A stretch of DNA of 63,454 nucleotides, filler included, from Rhabdomonas costata (GCA_019059605.1; 22 parts of 22 records of this genome joined end to end with filler, not necessarily neighbours in it); one strand, 5' to 3'; shown: positions 1-12,320, numbered from the whole stretch's first letter. A program made the numbers and translations. Notes: generated by a model from the letters alone, not told the origin.

Positions 1-180
1 GTGGGTTAGGTTAACTGTGTCTGTACTCAGTAGATCATGTTATTTTAGAGAAAGGGGGTTATGTTTACTGTTCTACTGCCCCCATAGATGCCATTTCCAC
101 TGTTTAGTGGTGTTAAATGTTCAACGCCCCCACCCCCAAAGCATACAACAGCCGCGCAAAAACTGCTTCCAGGGGGGGGG

Positions 181-1330
181 GGTATCGTACCGTCGCTGGA
201 AGCTGGGTTCTTGCTGAAGGACATGGAGCATTTTTCCTCTTCCAGGAAGAAGTAGAGGCGCTCCCACAGTACCAGGGATCTCCGAAGATACAAAAAGCCA
301 AACATCTTTTGTCAAGCTCGCCAGGAAATGAGAAAAGAACTGAGCGCAGCAGGAAAGGAGAGGAGCCTAGCTTGGACCTATCACGAAAAGCTGCAGCGCT
401 ACCCAACGGCGTCACCCGCATTTCGATACCACCCTGCCCTTCCCATCCACATCAAGATTATGTCTTCACATCAACACGGGCTCAAACCGAGGTCACTGAG
501 AATGAGGCTTTTATTGTTCACGAAGATGGTGGGCTGCACGCCTGCTTCATTGATAAGGTGAGCTGGGACCTGGCACTCCATGCAATCCGCAGGATGCCGG
601 AAAAACTTATTCGAATCGCCCGAGAGTTGTACATGGCGTTGGAGGCCGCCTAAATACAGAAGCCACGGAAAGCCCGCAGGTTCCGCTTCACCCCACAGCG
701 GGGTCCACCAGGGCTGCGTGCTTTCGCCGACACTTGTCATCCCTACTTTCCAGTACATAATTCGGGCAGCCGTGAAGGACACCTACTGGTCAGCGTGCCT
801 GCTGGTCACCGCTAGGTAGAGCCCCGCTAACCCTCACTGAGTACGCGGACAATGTATATCATAGCCAAGCACGTGGCAGGGTTGCAGGACAGGATGACAG
901 TGGTTCAGCAGACCAGCTCGCGAGCAGGCAAGCTCGTCAGCAGCAAGACCAAGCTGCTCCACATCCGCCTATCGCGTGAAATCACCCACCCGTCGCTCTA
1001 ATTCGAGACCTTATCTTGGGAGGGAAGTGCATTCGAGTCTGGACCGAGCAGAAAAGCTCCGCGATCGGAAATTGCGGAATACACATTCTTGCGCCCCAGG
1101 AGAGCATCCAGTGCCGTACCACAGTCTCATCCGCCCAACCGCCACTTACGACGCTGAGACTCGGGCGCTCATCGCGGAACTCAAATCACCCTGAACGTTG
1201 CCGAAATGCGGTGTATCCGTCGCATCGAAGGGGTCTCTCTACAGGAACTTCGGAATGAGGACATCCGCAGGAGCGCCCCGTCCCATTCAGTGAGACCTGT
1301 CGGCAGAACCAGAACCGCCACTTACGATTC
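181..1330 (+). mobile_element. Degenerate non-LTR retrotransposon (RTE-like LINE), reverse transcriptase region; pseudogenised
   Basis: Ordered RT motifs across frameshifts: LHACFID-KVSWDLALHAIRRMPEKLIRIARELY (~535-632; FxKAFD deleted), SGVHQGCVLSPTL (~697-735), YADN/MYIIAKHVAGLQDRM..GKLVSSKTKLL (~842-960), PYLGREV (~1010), YHSLIRPTATYDAET (~1117-1160), NVAEMRCIRRIEGVSLQELRNEDIRR (~1195-1275). The last two are typical of RTE-clade ORFs. Outer limits are approximate. Confidence 0.85.
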
Positions 1331-1947
1331 GGTGTCGCCCGTACTTCAATACCTGCCCTGCCCCTCCCTATCAAAGTGTGACGTTTCCCGAGTCCTTGCC
1401 TTCTCATCATGTTCCTGGACATTATGTTTTCTTCTGACGACTCCTCTCATATTTTCTGTTCTCTTCTCCATCCCCCTTCTCCTTCTGCAACGGTTGAGCT
1501 CCTCATCTTCGGATGCCGGCCCGACCAAGCGCGCTACCGCCGCAGTGTCGTCTAGGATACCAGACTGGACGGGAAGCCCACGCGCCCCGACACCTCAAAC
1601 CACCGACCATCCCCGGAATCCGATTGTCCCCACATTGTGGGGGCAGCAGGACACCGCTCCGGACAGCCGCGCTCTTCATCGGCAAGGTCTCACTCCATCC
1701 TTAAGAAAATCCTACCTCTCTCCACGGCGCCCCAAAACACACACCTCTTCCCTTCCCGCAAAACAAAACACGCCAACGCACGGCGTCTACAACCACGCGT
1801 TGCTTCGTAAGCCATCCGCCAGCAGGGCGAGTGCTCAACGAGCATTTTCTCTGAAGACAAAGTTGGCCACAGGCGACATTGCTACCTAATTGAATACAGG
1901 GTCGGCGCAGTTCACACACCGACAACTTGCACAATCCCAGGAACGTT

Positions 1948-2788
1948 TCAGTACAGTGCAACACTCAGAGCAACGTACACCACGACAAAGATGACCAGCA
2001 ACAGAGGCAGTGATGACACCCAGCGCGACCAGGCATAGGGCGGTGTTCCCACCTCAGCGCATAACCCGACGGGAGAGGTCTCCGGAAATGTTGCCCGGAC
2101 CTCCCGTCGCCTCACTTGCTGTGTTGCGGAGGAAAGCGAGAGCTGCTTGACAACGGCAGTGCCGCCCGAGGGAGAAGGCTGATTCCTGGCCTGGGTAAAT
2201 TCCACTGCAGGGGCCACCACCCTCCCAGGTATTGCCCGGGAGGGGTCATGGAACCGCATATAAGTCAGATACTCGTGGGCCTCGATGGTTCCAGAGTGGT
2301 CGGTGTCGATCTGGGTGAAGAGGTGCAGTGCCTGATGCCGTGACAGCCCTAAACGCAGCTCCACGGCCAGGCGGTAGAACTCCGCTGGGCGGAGCCTTCC
2401 TAGAGAAGAGACCCAATGAAGGTGCTTTGGACCACACAACAGCGCTGCGTCTCGGTCCCACTGTGCCCACTGTAAATCTATGCGTCTTCCAGACAAAGCG
2501 ACCAAATGCCAAAAGACCAGTTGCAGCCGGTTGAAAGCTGTCCAAAGCACGAGAATTATACGAGGAACAGGGTGTGGCAAATACAAAGAAAAAGCGATTC
2601 ATGGCATCAAGAAAAAAAGGTGACACGAATCTAACCGTCTTGGTTCTCATTAAACTGGTGGAACTGCATCATGAACTGCTCGTAGTCAATCTGGCTCATC
2701 CCGTATAGAATTTCCGGCTTCGGACGCTTGTCTTGCATATAGCTGATAAACTCTTCAAAGCTCAAAGAGCCGCTGTGGTCCGTGTCCA
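1948..2788 (-). CDS. Multi-EF-hand calcium-binding protein with C-terminal hydrophobic anchor (3' part)
   Basis: Exons 2788-2636 and 2399-1948, joined by a GT-AG intron at 2635-2400. EF loops DTDHSGSLSFEEF, NENQDGRLRPAEF (spans the junction) and DTDHSGTIEAHEY. Ends in LPLLLVIFVVVYVALSVALY*. Confidence 0.85.
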
Positions 2789-2888
2789 NNNNNNNNNNNN
2801 NNNNNNNNNNNNNNNNNNNNNNNNNNNNNNNNTTAATTAATTAANNNNNNNNNNNNNNNNNNNNNNNNNNNNNNNNNNNNNNNNNNNN
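2789..2888. other. Artificial 100-bp contig linker (N-TTAATTAATTAA-N); first of 21
   Basis: Identical linkers start at 2789, 5678, 8565, 11451, 14336, 17222, 20105, 22991, 25877, 28761, 31647, 34532, 37432, 40316, 43198, 46156, 49040, 51924, 54806, 57690 and 60573. TTAATTAATTAA puts stops in all six frames. The contigs between them are all about 2.78-2.86 kb, as in a size-sorted assembly. Confidence 0.99.
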
Positions 2889-5800
2889 TGTGTGGTTGAA
2901 GAGTCGTCACAATTGCGTCACTTTGTTCCGCTCATGTTCCTCCAGTACTCCAGTAGATGATGTGGTTCTTCACATTTGTAACACTCGCTACGCTCCTGTT
3001 TCTCATGTTTCTAAATAGAAGATGATGTAAAAGTGATGGATGTTCGAAGGGACGACCGACCAGAAGATGCTGATACACCATTAATACTCGCAATGCTCGT
3101 ATTCGTGGGGCACCTACTCCATCAGGATGTGATACTGCTAGATACGCTCGTAATACTTTGATGAGTTGAAGAGTGAGGAGGTAATCTAAGCGGACCGAAG
3201 ATGATGATACAAATCTTAACGTTGCATGATCAGTATTTCGCATGCTCCTTTTAGTAACGTCCTCGTGTCATCTCGTACCTCGATGCCACTTCTCATTCTA
3301 TCACAAATCGCTGATGGCTCGTGTGGTACATCCTCTTTGGTTGTCACTCAATGCTCTCGTTCATCCCTATGTGTATTGTTCTTCACTCCACAGCTACTCC
3401 ACAGCAATGGTGATGCTGAGTTCCTACCGCAGATGCCAAGATGCTTATGTCTACTCCTACTCCGCGATGCCACTACGTGACATTGCCTCGTACCATTTGA
3501 GCATTAACCAAAAGTGAGGATGTTGAGAGTGGAGGGCATCGAACGTGTAGTGAAAGGACCGACATGTAGGGGTAGAAAGAGGAACGCCAGAAACGCAGGA
3601 ACTCCGAGGCCTTCTAGCCTCCGCCATCATTACTCACATTCATTTGGGAGAACACAGTGAACTTACAGTTATACTCTCATGGCACACCAGACCTTGGCCC
3701 AATTTACACCACCTACCCTTTGAGCAATTTGAAATTTTCTCCTCCAATAAAGTGAGGCTTTAATGCAACAAGCACCAACAAGATGACAAGTTTTAACAGC
3801 AATGGTTTTTCAATCAAGCCGTGATTTTTGGATATGGCCAATCAAATGTTTTAAACACAAACATGAGATGAGAACCTGGCGCATGAGCGCCACCATTTTG
3901 ATTTTAATTCAGCGCAAAATCTAAAAACAGCATAGTACACCAGCCTTGGCAAAGAAAAATGGGAAACCGTGAGAAACTTGCAATCAAAGGAACACATGTG
4001 ATTGCGAAAATGGCAGAAGCAATGACGCAGATGTAGTAAAATGTGGTTTTTAATCAACCCAATCCGCCTGTTATTCTCATTTAACAGCCTGGAGTTTTTC
4101 CTGGTGGAGATTCTAGGAATGGTGTGCAGGTTAGATGGAGCAGAAATGGACTAAAGTAGATGCCAAGACACCTCATGGAGGCAGGCCTTACTCACAAGGT
4201 CCTACGTTTCATTGGCTAGGTTTTCATCTCCTTGACGTCGTGGTCTTATCGACTAAGCCAGCTCCGTATGGAAAAGTAATTTATTCGTCACTGCACCCGC
4301 TGTAGAATCCAAGTGTACATCTTCAAAAGATTATCCTCACAACAAACTGTAAATTGTATGGTATTTTGGTGCGCAAATTGACGAATGTGGACACCGGCGT
4401 GTCAGCAAAATGCCTCCTTAGAGGATTAATTGGAGGGATGAACGCAAAGAAATATTACCAGTCAAAATTACATAATCGATTTCTTTCAGCAAAAGACACC
4501 GTCTAGACAGAATTGATGCCATTAACTGGCCTTGTTGGCATATGAGCAGCCAATGCCTTGCCACATATGAGCCTACTTGCTTAATCTGTGGAGCACATGA
4601 GCAGCACATGCCTTTTCAAAAGTACTTTTAATCCACAGCTGTTGAATTAATCCAGTAAAAGACATTTTGCCACGGATGTTGGCGCTGTGTCATTGTCTTG
4701 AGAGAACAGCTTCTGCTTCCAGTAATGCCGATACAGTCTCGTTATTTTCAGATTTTTTCCACAAGGCATCCGTCCATTACGATGCAACCAACAGTAACCC
4801 GATCCATACAGAGAGAATTTGTCAATTAATTGCGGATTTTCAAAAAGAATTTTGTCCAGAACTCAGTGAGATTTGAGGGGGTTGTGCTAAGTAATGTTCT
4901 TTGGATTATTAGAAGAGTACCTGCTAAATTTGTGATGTTTTGAATTGCAAAAATGTACACGTGAGGAACAAGGTCAAAGTTCCGGAAGATTGCCAGTAAC
5001 AATGTTGAACACAGCGTCACATCCCAATCGATTCCAAAGTTTGTATGCGGTTATCGGCGCTTCTCAGTAAGATAAGCTACACCACTGGGAGTGGAATAAA
5101 CATTTTTCAGAGCAGCGCACAGTTGCTGGATAGTACCAATATCATGCATTGCTCACCCACTGGAAGTGGATCTGCCTCTTCCGGTTGGTATGGTTTAACA
5201 TGAAGCACAATTACATCTCAACTGAATTGAACTACGTTGTTTGGAAGGTTTGTTCGCTTGAATAGCGGTGTTGTCAGTATGCTAGTGCGATGGCATCTGT
5301 CCAAATGTGTCAAAATTACTTTTATGCAATGAAATCAGCTCGCTGGAATGGAATAAGGGCCTCATCTTCTTCCAGTGGTGGAGGGAGGTTTGATCTCGAA
5401 TGTGTTCTTCGTGGTATGCCTCTTGATCTTGTAATTGAAAATTGCCTTTGGTGCCAGGAGGCCATTTGGGCCCAGATGTTTCCAATGGTGCTTCCGATGG
5501 TTGGTCAAGACGTCATACAAAACCACAAGTGGATAATTGGCATGCTTGTTGTTTCCGGAATCCGCTTCAATTTATCCCGTTTATCGTACGTGGAACGGTA
5601 CACAAAACCCGAGTAGTATTTCAGCTGCGCACCCCATTCCACCATGCTCTCAAAGGTTAGAACATCCTCATAGAAGTNNNNNNNNNNNNNNNNNNNNNNN
5701 NNNNNNNNNNNNNNNNNNNNNTTAATTAATTAANNNNNNNNNNNNNNNNNNNNNNNNNNNNNNNNNNNNNNNNNNNNGTGTGTGGGTAGTCTCTCATTAC

Positions 5801-5957
5801 TTTCTGGGCTTTAGTTGGATGCACATCAGATTAAATTCGGAAACCGAAGTGGACAGCTGTGATGGGGACGTTGGCGTGGGATGGGGTGGATGAGGATGTT
5901 TGGTGGCAATACATATCAAATGGATGGAATGGGGGGTACCCGTCTGGCGTCGTGCAG

Positions 5958-8564
5958 GAGGGGAGTCCGTGTACGGGCAGCCCTTCAAGCGTGAGTCCCA
6001 CTCCAGGCTCAAGTTTACCGGGCGAGGCCTGTTGGCAATGGTTCTTGTGCTCATTGTCGCGTGTCCCGTGCGAGTGAGCTGTTTTTCCTCTTCTCTCCTT
6101 TTTTGTTTTAATTGGCTGCCTCAAAACCGTCAAACCAAACGGGTTCAGTGCGAATTGCATATGCCGAGGTTGGTGTGTTTTTCTGTATAGGCGGGCACGG
6201 ACAACGACAATGGCAGCCAGTTCATTATTACGCTCGGGCCTTGCCCCTGGCTGGATAACAAGCACACCATCTTTGGGCGAGTATGCTTGTGCGCTGAAGG
6301 GATGGGAGTACTTTTCCTGCAGTGATGCGAATCGCTGCGGCCATTCCTCCTTCTCTGAGTGCTGAGAGTGCAATTGGGTTTTTGTCGGCATATCATTAGA
6401 TCATGACTTCTCGCGTTGCATCGTAGGACACGGATGAAAGAAAGGCGTTTGCATCATCGGTTTCCCATTTTCTTCGCCATTGGTTTACCCATGTGGGATT
6501 TCCTCGCGGGGGATTCAACCTCAGCTTTCTTGTTTTCCTCAAGCTCGCGGGCAGCTCCATCTTCAACATTCTGCCCATGGGGGACCTGGAGACCGACGAG
6601 AACGACCGCCCGCTGTTCCCTCCGAAAATCACGGGCACCCAGGCACGCTCTTCAGCGTCCTTACCCCCCCCCCCAGGCTTCGGCACTCTTGGCTACAAAG
6701 CATGAGAGAACTGGCAAACGCCGAATTCAAAGCAAAAGCGCATGCTTTGCTTTGCTGCATCTGCCAACACCAAGCAATTAGCCATGCTACGATGGAAATA
6801 TCCTTGCCGTTATCTTTGGACCTAGTTTAGCTTTCGCTCATGAAGAGGATGGAATGTTATTTCCGGCCTGGTTCGCATAAGATCAGGTATCCCCTAACTC
6901 CCTGAAACGATCATTGGTCACGAAATGAGACCTTTTTTATTCGCGTTTTCACTGGTCACCATGGGCTTCATGCACAGCTTTGTTTTGGGCTGGCTTGCTT
7001 ACGACGCGGTGGGAGCTTTAGTGGGGACTTTGTCTGGTGCGTCGACCGGGTTGGTAGATGGCTATGCGGGTCAAGGCCGAATATATGCTTCACCGTATAA
7101 CTCCCTCCCCCCGTCCAAGTCTCTGGTCTGGATGTTTGTGGCATTTCAGTGTGACGGCCTATGCGTGGAAAGACGGAGCTCTGCACTGCAGAGTGCCCCC
7201 ACGCCTTGCGTTCTTCTCCCTTCTTTTAGGTTTTGGACAATCCCTTTGAAGACATAGAGCCGCGGGAGAAGCCTGCCGAGGTTGCTGAGGCAAAGCCCAA
7301 GGCTGAGAAGGGGATCCGGTGTGACCTCACCCCAACTTCGCTTTCAATTTGCTTGTGGTATGGGGTTCGAGCTGGTGGTGTGCTTCCCCTTCAACAGCCC
7401 AAATCCAAAGCCCACTCAAGAGATTCTTCGAGCACACCTGGCAAGATCATGCACGTTACCCCAGATTCGGAATTTCACCGAAAAGATGCATGGGATGCAA
7501 AGATGTCTCGCCTTCTGATGTTTGCTTTGTGTCAACGTTTTCAAGGGTATGCAAACGAAGCCAATGCAGCAAGACGATAAGTCACAGGTCACCGTGCCAC
7601 TGACTTGTGTGTTGAACGTTCTCTGCTACTGCTGGCACCCCACCTGGACGATCGGTTTGTGGAACGTGTTCTCCAGGGGCGCCACTGCCTTTTGGGCCTG
7701 ACCTTTCCCTCACTCCCCCTCTCCCTCATAGGAGCAACCATCTGATTTCGTTTGGAGAGGAGGTTGAAGAGCAGGAGCAAGAGGAGATTGTGGCTGACTT
7801 CAAGGGTGTCAGAAGCAGGTCTTCCCCTTCGGAGGGAGTGTTCTGTATTTTCAGCCCGTGGTTTTGCTCGGGGATGGTGGTCAACGCGAATGTTCTCTGT
7901 ATCTTCGATGAAGGGATCCAAGTGTATTATGTACAAATACCACAACAAATTGCGAATTGTACAAGTGCAGCCGGGAAGGGTTGAAGACACCCCCTTTTTT
8001 CAACCTTTGCTGGCTTCCACCAGGGTGCACGTCCTTATCGAAGAACTTCCAAAAAAAAGCCTTTCCTGCAAAACCCTACGAGCTTTTTTTAGAGCCCGCG
8101 GCGGGTAGTGGGTACTGTTGTCCGCCTCTTTCTCTGTCCCTCTCAATGAATTATTAGGCGTTTGATTTGTTGGCCTTACCTCGGGCTTCAAAACTCACGA
8201 AGCGCAAAGCACAGCTTCGTAAGAACGTATACACTTCTTTGACGTCTTTGGACGTCTTGAACGTCTTTGGAAAGCAAATCAGCCCTTCTCAGTGATGTGC
8301 AAGCGCCTTTGGGCTTAACGACACTAGTGTAGAAAGTAGAGGTGCACCGTGTCGACTTTGTCGTCAACAGCACAGCTGTGTTCATGTATTCGTGTGGTGG
8401 GTGTCGGGCGCTGCGACTTTTGACGCCGCTGTTTTCCGCTCATAGGAGTGACAACATTTATGAGAATAATTAAGGGTTCTGCCCCGCGCTGTTACAGCCA
8501 CGACGTCCTCAATGACCCCCGGCTGCTGAAGGAGGAGGCCTACACTAAGGAGGAGCTGACCGAG
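5958..8564 (+). CDS. CWC27: Spliceosome-associated cyclophilin CWC27 (partial, 6 exons)
   Basis: Exons 5958-6040, 6191-6280, 6544-6642, 7230-7318, 7732-7818 and 8498-8564 join in phase to give [103 protein letters not shown]..[13 protein letters not shown]..[15 protein letters not shown]. NPFEDI, LxSFGEE and [11 protein letters not shown] are CWC27 signatures. Confidence 0.95.
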
Positions 8565-9620
8565 NNNNNNNNNNNNNNNNNNNNNNNNNNNNNNNNNNNN
8601 NNNNNNNNTTAATTAATTAANNNNNNNNNNNNNNNNNNNNNNNNNNNNNNNNNNNNNNNNNNNNGCGCGCGGTTGATCTTCTTGGCAAGCGCGGAAAAGG
8701 GGCTTATGTTCCGCAGGAGGTGCAATGAGGACGTGGTCTCCAAAAGATGTCCTGCACAGTGCCGCCTCTTCTCGCTGTAACTTATTAGGCGAGCTTGGCA
8801 AGGGTACTCTCACCCATTACCAAAAAAGATAAAAAACGACCCCAAGGGGCCACCACAATAATGGGTTCACGGAATGTAAAAAAAGAGGTGTCAATATTGC
8901 AACGGATTCAATTTTCATGAAGAAAACTTGGTTTAAACATCCTCCGGGCCAAGCGACCAAAATGGTATCTTCTGTTATAAAGGACGATCTTGAATAATGA
9001 ATTATGAAAAAAAAATAGTGAATATTGATTTGTTTTATTGATTCGAAATGTGGTGTCATTGAACATGGAAGAATAAATTCAGATTTTTCTGTACATCCGT
9101 ACCTGCATGCCTCCTTTCATTCTCGCACCTTGCATGCAGTGGAGGAAGACAGCACCCACACCGCACCCTGACAAGAAACCACCGAAACTGACTGTTGGCC
9201 GCCTGCACCCCACAAAAATCAGTGTAACTTCAGGGCGGTGTCCACTTAACCCGTTGGAGTCTTTCAACATAATTTTCTTGGCTGATCCAGCTGCCACCTC
9301 GTCTACCATGGGGCGAACCTGCCTTCTCCCGGGTTTCCCCCTATACCATAATGCAAAAGTGCACTTTTAAGACGAACATTTGGAGGCCCCATTTACCTGT
9401 GGTGTGTGGTGTTTCCAAAAACAAATGGTAATTTGTCTAAAGTTCCCACTATTTATGCACCCAGAAAGTGTGCCATCTTTTTTGCATCAGTCTTTTTTGC
9501 TCTCGGTGACAGTTGTATCAATCTACATGCACAAGTCATCAACTACTGTCGTTGTTTCGGCCTTCCTACTTAATTATGGTTGTAATGAACAGACCAGGAA
9601 CCGCCGGACCAGCTGCGCAG

Positions 9621-11395
9621 ATGTCGAACCTCTCAAAGGAGGCGCTTCTTTCTGAAGTAAATGTTCTCAAAAATAAGCTTAAGGTTGAACTTTTGACGTG
9701 CGGCATTTGCATTCCAGTTTTTTGTTCATCAAATTTGGGGAAACGCAATGAGAAAAGTCTTTCTTGAAACGTAGTAATATGCATGGCGCCATGGTTCGTT
9801 TTCCTGAAAACATTACCGGTTCCTTTGCTTCTGATCCTTCTGTTTCTTTGCTGTCTAGGTGGCCGAGGACGAGGCTGACTCCAGTCGGCGAGAAATCAGT
9901 GTTTTGAATCACAACTTGGTTGTCATGCATGAGCGGTGCGTGTTTGCGCGTGGTTGCGCGCTTGAAATGCTCTTGTTCCTATTTGTTGTTTGTGCAGTTC
10001 AAGCGTTTTCTTGTACCGCTTTTTTTCTACAAGCTGTAGTTGACCCTGTGTGACTAGCGATTTTTGAATCATTGGAACAACTGACTGAAGTGGTCTAGAG
10101 TCTTGCAGAGCGGTCGAGGTATACACGAAATGGGCGGATGTTGTTTCCGAGAACCACGCCCAAGCTGCTGGTGGCTGGTCCCCGCCTGCCTTCATTTTTC
10201 TCAACTTCTGCTTTCTTTTTCTGGGGTCTTGAAGTGAGCGAAGAATGGAAGACGTCATTCTCGACCTGTCCTTCGAGCTTGGTGGGAAAGGTGGCGTTCC
10301 CCCTCGACCTCGGGAATACTCCCTCACCCCTGGTGTGCCTTTTAACTGCCGCTTAAATTCTCAGTGCTCAGTTGATTCAAAGTGGACTTTTTTTGGCAGG
10401 TAACAGACTAGTAAGGTGCGGGTTTTTGGACGGTGCAAGATCGTGAAAGAAAAGACCAGAAGTGCTGCACCAGCAACCTCGTGGGCGTAAATCCTACCCT
10501 CTGACGATTCACAGCCAAATGAGCCCAAAATGTGAAAAATGTCAGAACGGTGAACGAGAAGCCGCTCAAAATCACATTAAATTAAAGAAATTAGGGCGAC
10601 ATAGGCGGGCACACCACCAAATCACATCCAGCAGAAATACGAACAATATAAGCAGGTCGGAAATGGCATCGATCGGCCAGCGACACAAATATTGCGAACC
10701 CTGACGATAATGTGTGACTTTGTCGGGATCCGACTTTTCGCGCACCACCTGAAAACGTTACTTGCCGTCACATATTGCGCCCGTTAATACCACCAATTTT
10801 ATAAAAGTCAATTAATAATGGATTAATTTGTTATTCGTTCCTGAAAGTGAGTACTTCATGCTTACGTTTTTCAATTTGCTGATCCGTCACGGTACGATCA
10901 GAAATTGAACCATTCAACACTGGGTGGATAAAATTCCGTTCAACTATCTCGCACCTTAGCCGTAGTCACTCAAATCTACTAGAATTGAATTAAGATTGTG
11001 GTTGACAGCATTTTTTTTACGGGGCAGATGTAGACTGCGTTTGGGCCCTTTTTTCATATTTGCCTTTTTGTGCATGCGCAGAGGAGGCGATTGAGGCGTA
11101 CATCCAAATTGCCACCGAAACCCTTCACCGCGACAAGCGTGTCTGGGAACTGAGACACGAGCAGCTGGAAAAAGTTCTCTTTGCTTTCATGTTATTCGAA
11201 CGTCGGGACGTCAAATCCAAATTTGGATTTCCCCTTCAAACGATAGCTGCATGCAGTCCCTTTGTTTTTCTTCAGGAAAACAAGGAGTTGAAGGCCCAGC
11301 TGGAACTCGCATTAAAAGCTCCTCCCAAAGCTGAAGCTGTGGCAGATCCGAAATCTCTTCAGGATTTGAAACGAAACGTTCAGCGACTGGAAGGG
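9621..11395 (+). CDS. Coiled-coil protein, unknown function (5' exons)
   Basis: Phase-compatible GT-AG exons: MSNLSKEALLSEVNVLKNKLK / VAEDEADSSRREISVLNHNLVVMHER / AVEVYTKWADVVSENHAQAA / EEAIEAYIQIATETLHRDKRVWELRHEQLEK / ENKELKAQLELALK..LQDLKRNVQRLEG. Heptad-like pattern. Confidence 0.7.
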
Positions 11396-11550
11396 GTTTG
11401 CTGAAGGCCACGCCTTGCACCTTATGCTCATTTTTTGACAACAAAAAACCNNNNNNNNNNNNNNNNNNNNNNNNNNNNNNNNNNNNNNNNNNNNTTAATT
11501 AATTAANNNNNNNNNNNNNNNNNNNNNNNNNNNNNNNNNNNNNNNNNNNN

Positions 11551-12320
11551 TGTTTGGGGGTGTGGGTGAGGGCCTTTCCAGGTGCAGATGAAATCAGGGC
11601 CAGTCCCATGTCTCCTACATAAGCCACCGTGAAGTTCACGGGCATCCCTGCGTTGGGGACCGGAGTGCCCTGTAACCCTCGGAACCGGTACTGCACCTGT
11701 GGGCCACAAAAGGCAATACGGGCTGCTATCCCAAACGCCACACCACAAAGCAGTCGCATCCCGCTCCAATGTTCGGGTGGTAGCCCAAGCACTGAACAAC
11801 ATACACGGGCTCATCCATCATTGTTGATATACGTGTGATGATATGCGTTGATATGCGCATAGTAATGAAATGATGAGCATCCCGACCATTAGTTTCTCAA
11901 CAGACCTTTTGAAACAAATGAACACACAACGACAAATGTTTCTGTTGATCACCACAAAGCCAGCATCACTGCAACCCCCAACTTCTGCGCCAGTTTCCGA
12001 ACAGGTTCCTGGGTAAGAGCTGAGCTGCTGTCTGCTTTCGGATTTGGTCTCGAGGAAGCCCCTTCCATAGGAGCGTGCGAATCTGGCGTATGGATTGGTG
12101 GGGGATAGAAAGAAAGGCTGTGGGGTGCGCGCGTAATGGGCAGTGCCTTGTGCATAAACGGGTACGGGCCAGGAGGAAGCTTTCCCGGAGATGCCCTGCC
12201 GCTACCTCCGCCTCGCCGAAGGGACTGGGGCAGCCCTTGGGTGGAGGGCACCCCAAGGGGAAGCAGCCCAACTAAAACCCAGAGCCATGCCCTGGCCACC
12301 AACCGCACTCCGGCCACCAT
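11551..12320 (-). CDS. Secreted metallophosphoesterase-like protein (purple-acid-phosphatase-type GDxG motif), 5' part
   Basis: Exons 12320-12166, 12082-11983 and 11696 to the contig end join in phase through GT-AG introns. N-terminal signal-peptide-like MVAGVRLVARAWLWVLVGLLPLG, then NFTVAYVGDMGL, resembling the first metal-binding motif of calcineurin-like phosphoesterases. Confidence 0.55.

Noticed and set aside
1206-1889. 227-aa ORF as a standalone gene
   Set aside because: Its start is the tail of the decayed RTE-like element and the rest is low-complexity with no domain or splice support.
2833-2844. TTAATTAATTAA recurring every ~2.9 kb, resembling a regular repeat array
   Set aside because: Always embedded in N runs; it is a synthetic six-frame-stop linker.
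8665-9309. Possible divergent minus-strand gene (MVDEVAAGSAKK...) head-to-head with the coiled-coil gene
   Set aside because: Candidate exons could not be joined in phase without a stop or an implausibly short intron.
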